Positions 57,501-64,000 of a stretch of DNA of 64,000 bases are shown here, piece after piece. The notes under the pieces were generated by a model that was not told the origin of the DNA, made no database searches, and saw nothing but the letters and a program-made list of their open reading frames with translations. Position 1 is the first letter of the stretch. The number at the start of each line of letters is the position of its first letter. The position numbers were made by a program, and so were the translations under genes. This DNA is from Eledone cirrhosa (taxonomy: Eukaryota): assembly GCA_964016885.1 (NCBI GenBank), contig OZ024756.1, forward strand, positions 43,524,001-43,588,000, given 5' to 3'.

Positions 57501-57580
57501 CAGAGGACTCAATAGAAGTAGTTGATAGCTTCTGTTACCTGAATGACTAAATTAGCAGTGGAGGTGTCTGTTTTGAAAGT
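54525..57580 (+). pseudogene. Old degraded RTE LINE (paralog of 28230-29840) interrupted by a young RTE insertion
   Basis: 54525-54666 plus 56372-57541 match 28245-29541 closely. Confidence 0.85.
54667..56371 (+). mobile_element. Young 5'-truncated RTE LINE copy with (GAT)n tail and 8-bp TSD GAAGCAGG
   Basis: TSD at 54659-54666 and 56372-56379; empty site at about 28369-28376. Near-identical reverse complement of about 50428-52134. Confidence 0.95.
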
Positions 57581-57660
57581 ACATTACACACACAAGAGAG
57601 AAACATGAAATGAAACAACAACAAACGTGATAACTAATGAGAAAATGGAATAAAACTTAC

Positions 57661-57987
57661 CTTTTACAGTCTTCAAGATTGACTCATCACCAGGACTTGT
57701 ATAACATTGATAATTTGTTGCATCATTGCAATTAGGCTTATTTTTCCAGCAGTGATACTCTCCATTCTCTCTCTCAACTGCTGTTATTTTACAGTCAAAA
57801 CCAGGTGGTAATATTCCTTTGTCATATTTATTTGTAATTGGGTTGTGAGACATTTTTATAAAAATTGACCCATTTTTAAGGACACTCAAGATATTTGGCC
57901 AACTTGTGTCATCAGTTAATTTACAAATTATATTTAATCTAGATGATGATCCAACTTCAAATTCAGGTGTTATATTTAGTGATACCC
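57661..57987 (-). CDS. Exon A3: more divergent V/I-set-like Ig domain, 327 nt
   Basis: Acceptor ...ttccatattttatatatag| and donor |gtaagt. All five Cys conserved (IIC, FDC, HCW, PNC, YQC); open frame. Confidence 0.85.
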
Positions 57988-58172
57988 CTATATATAAAAT
58001 ATGGAAGAGGAGAAAATGATTAGACAAAGATTTATCTTAAAAATAACATATATAATGGCAGGTAGAGAAAAACTAAGACAAAGAAGAAAACAATATTAAT
58101 TGAAAAAGGAGAGAAAATACAGTTGTGAATGATAAAATAAGGAGGAGAGAAGAAAGAAAACTGAAGATGATA

Positions 58173-58276
58173 AAGAAGAAGAAGAAGAAGAAGAAGAAGA
58201 AGAAGAAGAAGAAGAAGAAGAAGAAGAAGAAGAAGAAGAAGAAGAAGAAGAAGAAGAAGAAGAAGAAGAAGAAGAA
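58173..58276. repeat. (AAG)n microsatellite
   Basis: Directly visible. Confidence 0.95.
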
Positions 58277-58521
58277 GCATGTAGACTGATGGAAGGAAAC
58301 AAGGAGAATGAGGTAGTGTGTGTATGACAGTAAAATTTGTGTATCTCCTTTGTTAGATGGATTGTAAACTTTGTGTCTTCTTGGAAGGATTTATTTGCCA
58401 CTGAATTTTATGTACACTCTTTAGATATAATATTGGAATATGAGAAACGTTATTGCCATCATTAATCTGGATACCTAAATATGGAATGTTACGCGATGGG
58501 GGCCTCCACAACCCCGGTGGA

Positions 58522-59030
58522 CAGATTGGTTGCCCATTAGAGGTAAGTCGGGTCAGGTGACCATGCCTTGCTCATATAGAACTATTTCTGGCTTGGTTTC
58601 TACAGCTGGATGCCCTTCCTAATGCCCACCATATTTGTAGTGTGGTGGGTACTTTTAGTTGTGTCACCTACATGACCACTTTACAGTGTGGTGGGTACTT
58701 TTGGTTGTGACTCCTACATGACCACTTTACAGTGTGGTGGGTACTTTTAGTTGTGACTCCTACATGACCACTTTACAGTGTGTACTTGAAGATTTTTCTT
58801 GTGTCACCTACATAACCACTTTACAGTGTAGTCTTTATGTTTTTTGCGGTGTCTCTTACATTGCCACTTTACAGTGAGTACTAGGTGCTTTGTGTTGTGA
58901 CACATACACAGCCACATTTACAGTGTTCACTGCATGTTTTTTGTCGTGATACCAACACGAACACTTTACATTGTTGGGTGGGTGTTTTTTGTTGTGACAC
59001 CTACATGACCAGTTTACAGTGTTAGTTGGA
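58522..59030 (-). mobile_element. RTE/SINE 3'-tail remnant containing only a few (about 3 clear, up to 8 degenerate) 46-bp units
   Basis: 58522-58660 is nearly identical to 41128-41265, followed by a short array of the satellite unit. Confidence 0.8.
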
Positions 59031-59415
59031 ATTTTGTAGATCCTTTCCAGTTATGACTTATAGCATTAACACCAAACATCCTGCAAACATTAATATATGC
59101 TGTATGATACCTACATTACACATATAAATTGAACATAGCCGATATACGAATTTTCCTGTCATACACACCCAATCTCTAGTACATTATGGAACACATATTG
59201 CATTACAATTTAGGAAATAAGAACACCAATAGATAAAAATCAAGCTAATACAACCATGTACACTTTCATATATTTTACATACACACATCTAATGGTAACA
59301 AGAGCGAATGTATAAAAATACATGATTCGGTCCCTTAAAACCTCAACACTTACATCTAATGTAAAACTGATACACACATATATATATATTTATGTTTTAT
59401 ATATACATATATATA

Positions 59416-59772
59416 TCATCATCATCATTTCATCACTTCATTTTACGTCCACTTTTCCCTGCTTGCAAGGGTGGGACGGGAACTGATTTTGGCTTGATTT
59501 CTACAGCTGGATGCCCTTCCTAACACCAACCTCATTTACAGTGAGTGCTGGGTGCTTTTTTCCCGTGGCGCTTACCCGTCCACTTTACAGTGTGGGGTGG
59601 GTGCTTTTTTGCTGTGGCACTTCCACAACCACTCTACAGTAGAATGATATGGACCCCATCCCTATCATCTCATTTCTACAGCTGAGTAAACAACACATCA
59701 CCCGGTCTGAGAATTGAACTCACAACCTTTCGATTGCAAGGACAATGCTCTAACCACTAAGCCATGTGCCTC

Positions 59773-59775
<3 letters not shown>
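59416..59775 (-). mobile_element. tRNA-derived SINE with RTE-derived 3' tail
   Basis: Minus strand: A-box TGGCTTAGTGG and B-box GAGTTCAATTC. The 3' part matches the young RTE 3'UTR and ends in (GAT)n. Confidence 0.8.
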
Positions 59776-60014
<239 letters not shown>

Positions 60015-60342
60015 CTAACGGCATTCTATAACATATATGCGACTATAACGTCAAGATGGGAAAAGTAGTTAACGAAAGATTTAGGAAAAATAACTCAAAC
60101 TCATCTCAAAAGAGAATCAGGATATAAATTCATCCACAGAATTTAGTAAAATCCAGGGAAAAATCTATAGACCTTTAACTCATGATAAAATAAAGTTTGA
60201 AACACTTATCCTTCAATTTGGAATAACATCAAATGCTCTGTATAGTCTTAAAAGACTATTTCATGAAAACTTTCAGTGGAGATGGTCACGGTTGGATTTC
60301 ATTCATCAGCAGAGCTCAACATATATATATATATATATATAT

Positions 60343-60975
60343 AAACGGAAAAAAGAACGAAATTTCATTTCTCACTCTTAGTACGGCTGTTATTAAATAT
60401 AAGTATGTATACGTACATTCATATATGTATACAGACGTACAGTAGTATGTATATATATATATACATACATGTGTTTGTAAACAAACATCCCGAATAAAGC
60501 CGTACAGTGTCTAGCATAGCAACCATCGTTGCTCATTTGTTCAACACTGACAAAGGAACGCTGTACTAGTTTCAAGCTTATTAGCCATCGTCAGCAACGT
60601 ACACCCTCCTGCCAGATAATTGAACGTCTGAAAGTATATACTTTCCTTATGCATATTAACGGCTGAGCAGCCTAATTTGCATATCGAGTGAGTTAATCGG
60701 CCGGGTACACCGAAAACGATAAACGGAAAAAATGAAACGAAATTTCATTTCTCACTCTTAGTACGGCTGTTACTTAAATATAAGTATGTACACGTACATA
60801 CATATATGTATACAGACGAACAGTAGTATGTATATATATATACATACATGCACACATATATATATGTACGTATGGATTCACCGAACATTTATTTTAATGC
60901 TCGGTGTGTTTGTAAACAAACATTCCGAATTAAGCCGTACAGTGTCTAGCAACCATCGTTGCACATTTGTTGAAC
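60343..60975. repeat. Imperfect direct duplication (period about 378 bp) of an unidentified repeat
   Basis: AAACGGAAAAAA..GAAATTTCATTTCTCACTCTTAGTACGGCTGTTA occurs at 60343 and 60721 with colinear downstream sequence. Confidence 0.75.
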
Positions 60976-60999
60976 AAATGAACAACGATGGTTGCAGTA

Positions 61000-62180
61000 T
61001 TCATCTGTCGAGGCTGCATTGTGTGAGATCTACCTGTGGGTAACAAGATGGCTGCCAAAAGACATATTTACCTTACTAATTAGAGGGTGGTTTCAGGGGA
61101 AGTAACTCCTCGAGAGATTAGAAATTGTGGGTGTGTATAGTTAAGTGCTAATTTTTAACTGTTTTAATCGAGAGACAATGTAGGGGAGGTAACTTATAAT
61201 TATCTAAGTTGTTCATAGCAATTTAACTTATTAGCTACAAGTAAAAATGGGGCTAGATGACTAAGTTGGGTCAAATATTCTATTGGTGAAGGAATTAGCC
61301 TTTCGATGTTGACAGCTAATAGTTACCTCCGTTCTATCGTTAATCGGTAGAGGTCGTGATAGAGTTATGTAATATGCTTCTGTAATACAGAGATCACAAG
61401 ATTTTCTTCGTCCATTGAACGGTTGGGGCCTAGCCACGATATCCCATTTTAGTGAGTGTTGAACGTTGTTTAATTTAAGGTTTTTAATGAGCCTAGTTAG
61501 CGATGTCGAACATCTGTTGCTAGGGTCTCGGAAGGAAAAAGAGTGCGCGTTATAGCGTACCTTAAAAGGGTTAGAGGTAGACCCGATATAAGAGCTGGTA
61601 TTCGAAGCAGTTTTAACCGTACTCCTATAGACTATGTTGGGTGTCAGGCAGTGTCCATTTAATGGGCATGCATTGGGGTAACGGCAGTTGCAGTTGCTTC
61701 CGCGGTTAGTGAGAGTAGGGTAGTTTAACCTAAGCGGTAGGTCCGTGCTAGAAGGATTAGATGGGGGAGGTGTGCTACTAGAGTAATTATTAGTGTGGTG
61801 GCGTGGTGTATTTGATAGGGGTGGTGGTACCGCGGTGTGGGAGTTATACTGTCTTAGCTTATGATGGTTACTGAATGCGATGTGGCTAGCTTGGTTAGGT
61901 GTTGTGGAGAATGAGATTTTAATGTTATTTTTATTAAAGAGTTTGTAATATCTATGGTGGGGGGGGGGGGGTTATATAGGATAGAGAAGAAGCGTTTAGG
62001 GATATTAGTGGCTAGATTAGATAAGAATGGGGAGTTAAGCCAGGTTATATTTCTAGGTCTATTCCTTCTAGGGGTTCTAGTGGAGTTGGTAGGGTCCTTC
62101 CTAGGGTTATTACCTGGGGATTTGTTATTTGTCATCCCATTTCTCATTCCTATTCTAGGGTTGATTTTTAGTTTGCTACT
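61000..62180 (-). mobile_element. Penelope-like element 3' fragment (second family), frameshifted, with GIY-YIG domain
   Basis: RNITWLNSPFLSNLATNIPKRFF, then CNCRYPNACPLNGHCLTPNIVYRSTV...SYIGSTSNPFKVRYNAH...CDLCITEAYYI on the minus strand; boundaries approximate. Confidence 0.82.
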
Positions 62181-62219
62181 TGGAGTGGGGAGCACGCCGC
62201 TGCCACCATTAATATATAT

Positions 62220-62310
62220 CTGGCTGTCTCACAACAGGATAGCACGTCCTACCCATGCTAGAGTGGAATATGGACGTTAAACAATGATAATAATGAGGAT
62301 GATGGATGGA
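62220..62310 (+). mobile_element. Short RTE/SINE 3'-end fragment
   Basis: CACAACAGGATAGCACGTCCTACCCATGCTAGAGTGGAATATGGACGTTAAAC plus a degenerate GAT tail resembles 56297-56371. Confidence 0.65.
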
Positions 62311-62433
62311 GCTTATATGGTCCAACAAGAGTGCTAAACATCGCTCCTTGTTTGGTCAAACACACACATATGTATATATATATATAATATAAATTTGCAT
62401 TGCTCTATTGTGCTACAATAAAACTCACCTCCT

Positions 62434-62436
<3 letters not shown>

Positions 62437-62477
<41 letters not shown>
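62437..62477. repeat. (TA)n microsatellite
   Basis: Directly visible. Confidence 0.9.
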
Positions 62478-62481
<4 letters not shown>

Positions 62482-63475
62482 GGAAGATGGACATTGTTTA
62501 GTGTACCGAACTTGCATGCTACACCGTTCATCCAATTTTCATGAAATCTCACTCATATATAAAACTCAACGCGTAAAGTGGAATAGGCTACTTGAAATTT
62601 TCGAAAAATCGATAATCGGGCCCTATGACAGAATATTTTTCGATTCCAATGAAATTTTATGTGAATTCGAACACAAGAACTCTTAGTTTACATCTGGCGC
62701 AATAAAAATAAATTTCATATGCCCATATAAGGACGTGCGTTGGACGGCCAGCTGCATGTCTTCCCAGCTGTCTCAGTAAACGACCGACCATTAAAGAGTT
62801 TCTCTTTTCATATTCCACCTTATTCAAGTGGAAATACAGTATTATCCCTATCTGAAAAGGGAACCGAATTTAATGGTGTCTTTTGTGAACCTAAAAGCTG
62901 TGAGTAAATTTTCAAACAGTCTTAAATAATCATGCTTTTTGAAAAAAAAGTTGTGTTGTACACATACAATACAAGTAAAAACATTTACGTCGTACCAATG
63001 TTTTCCTTTTTTAAACAAAAGATTCTAAAAAATTACTTAATTTATAATACAGTCTTTTACACAGGAAGTGAGTAACTTTTCGGGTGTTTAAACGTAAGTT
63101 CACCAGGGTTTGTGTCTTCATTACGACTAAATGTTATGAGCGTATTTGCAATTAATTGCGCACACGTGCACACCTGCATGCATATAGACACTGACAGCCA
63201 ATAAAAAATCGATAACTTGCTTATTAAGATATCGGTCAAAAAGAGAGATTGAATGTACTTTAGAACATTTTTTGAATATATTGTTCTTTTTGGCATGATA
63301 TGTCAGAAATATAGCTACTATACACTTTGGTTATTTTTTGTAACTAAAAAATGGTTCCTTTTGGGTGGATACTTAACGAGAAAAATCCTAGGGTTTTGGA
63401 CAAGTTTGTTTCAGGCGCTGTATAGACGCCTATTTTGTCACACCTTGGTCATGAATTCGTATTCTTTTCCAATAG

Positions 63476-63730
63476 ATATTTTCCGCTCTATAAGGCTCAC
63501 CAGGATATAAGGCGTATCATTTAAAATCAGGCCCGCGCAACGGCGTGTAAGGCCAACCAGAAAATGCTATCTTCTTTACTTTTAGTCTAGATCTATTACT
63601 TCTGTTAGAGCCGTGATTGATTACCATTGTATTATTTATACATAAGGCTCACCGGAGTATAAAGCGCAGAGCTGTTTTTTCATTAAATTTAATTATTTTA
63701 AGTGCAATTTATAGACGGGAAAATTCGGTA
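63476..63730. mobile_element. Degenerate MITE-like element (Tc1/pogo-Tigger-like termini)
   Basis: Imperfect terminal inverted repeats TATTTTCCGCTCTATAA / TTATAGACGGGAAAATTCGGTA and an internal repeated ATAAGGCTCACC.G..TATAA.GCG. Confidence 0.45.
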
Positions 63731-64000
63731 AGTTATTGTAATCATATTTCCAAACCTTCCCATTCACCAGTAACCATGCTAACGAATCTGGTGTCATCTC
63801 TCTCTGTATTTAATCACCTCTCTCTAACCTAACAGCTTCGTTACACGTCGTTATGCCCATACGGAAACGTTCAAGACTTACCTCCAAAAAAGGTACAGCT
63901 ACTGCTTTGAGACAACGAATTAGGCGTTCTCAGGTATGAGTTCATTCACAATTGATTAATCCTTTATGCAATATTCTCCCTTAATGTTAGCAAGTACTGC

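Larger units (their letters stand above)
26501..57987 (-). other. Partial multi-exon gene encoding tandem Ig-like domain pairs (exons A3-B2-A2-B1-A1); 5' and 3' ends not identified
   Basis: Five open, phase 1-1 exons with polypyrimidine+YAG acceptors and GTAAG donors. Junction codons GCT, AAT, ATG and TAT introduce no stops. Total 1611 nt = 537 codons. Confidence 0.75.

Noticed and set aside
60258-60316. Minus-strand CTGATGA...TGAAAGTTTTC hammerhead-like remnant
   Set aside because: Stems I and II are poorly paired; at most a decayed copy.
62478-63560. Possible non-autonomous Helitron ((TA)n start; GC-rich hairpin-like CCCGCGCAACGGCGTG near 63531)
   Set aside because: Terminal CTAG is absent, the hairpin is imperfect, and it overlaps the MITE-like element; cannot be supported without a repeat library search.

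Overview
This is animal (eukaryotic) DNA. The repeat repertoire (RTE LINEs with (GAT)n tails, tRNA-derived SINEs, Penelope fragments, long AT/ACAT/AAT microsatellites) resembles coleoid cephalopod, Octopus-like genomes; that assignment is inferred, not proven. About 60% of the window is tandem satellite: a 24-bp unit at 1-25410 and 29848-33840, and a 46/47-bp unit at about 41245-50100. Between the repeats lie five open minus-strand exons, each with canonical AG/GT ends and phase 1 at both ends. They alternate between two immunoglobulin-like domain types: A (327 nt, V-like) and B (315 nt, C-like). In transcription order they read A3-B2-A2-B1-A1 and splice into one 537-codon open frame. The A copies differ mainly by amino-acid changes clustered in CDR1- and CDR3-equivalent loops while the adjacent intron is nearly identical, suggesting a tandemly amplified, diversifying Ig-superfamily receptor locus. 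The introns contain a near-intact Tx1-clade LINE inside an (AAT)n tract, two almost identical inverted RTE copies bracketing exon B2, Penelope GIY-YIG fragments, hammerhead-ribozyme-like motifs, SINEs, and a satellite apparently born from an RTE/SINE 3' tail.
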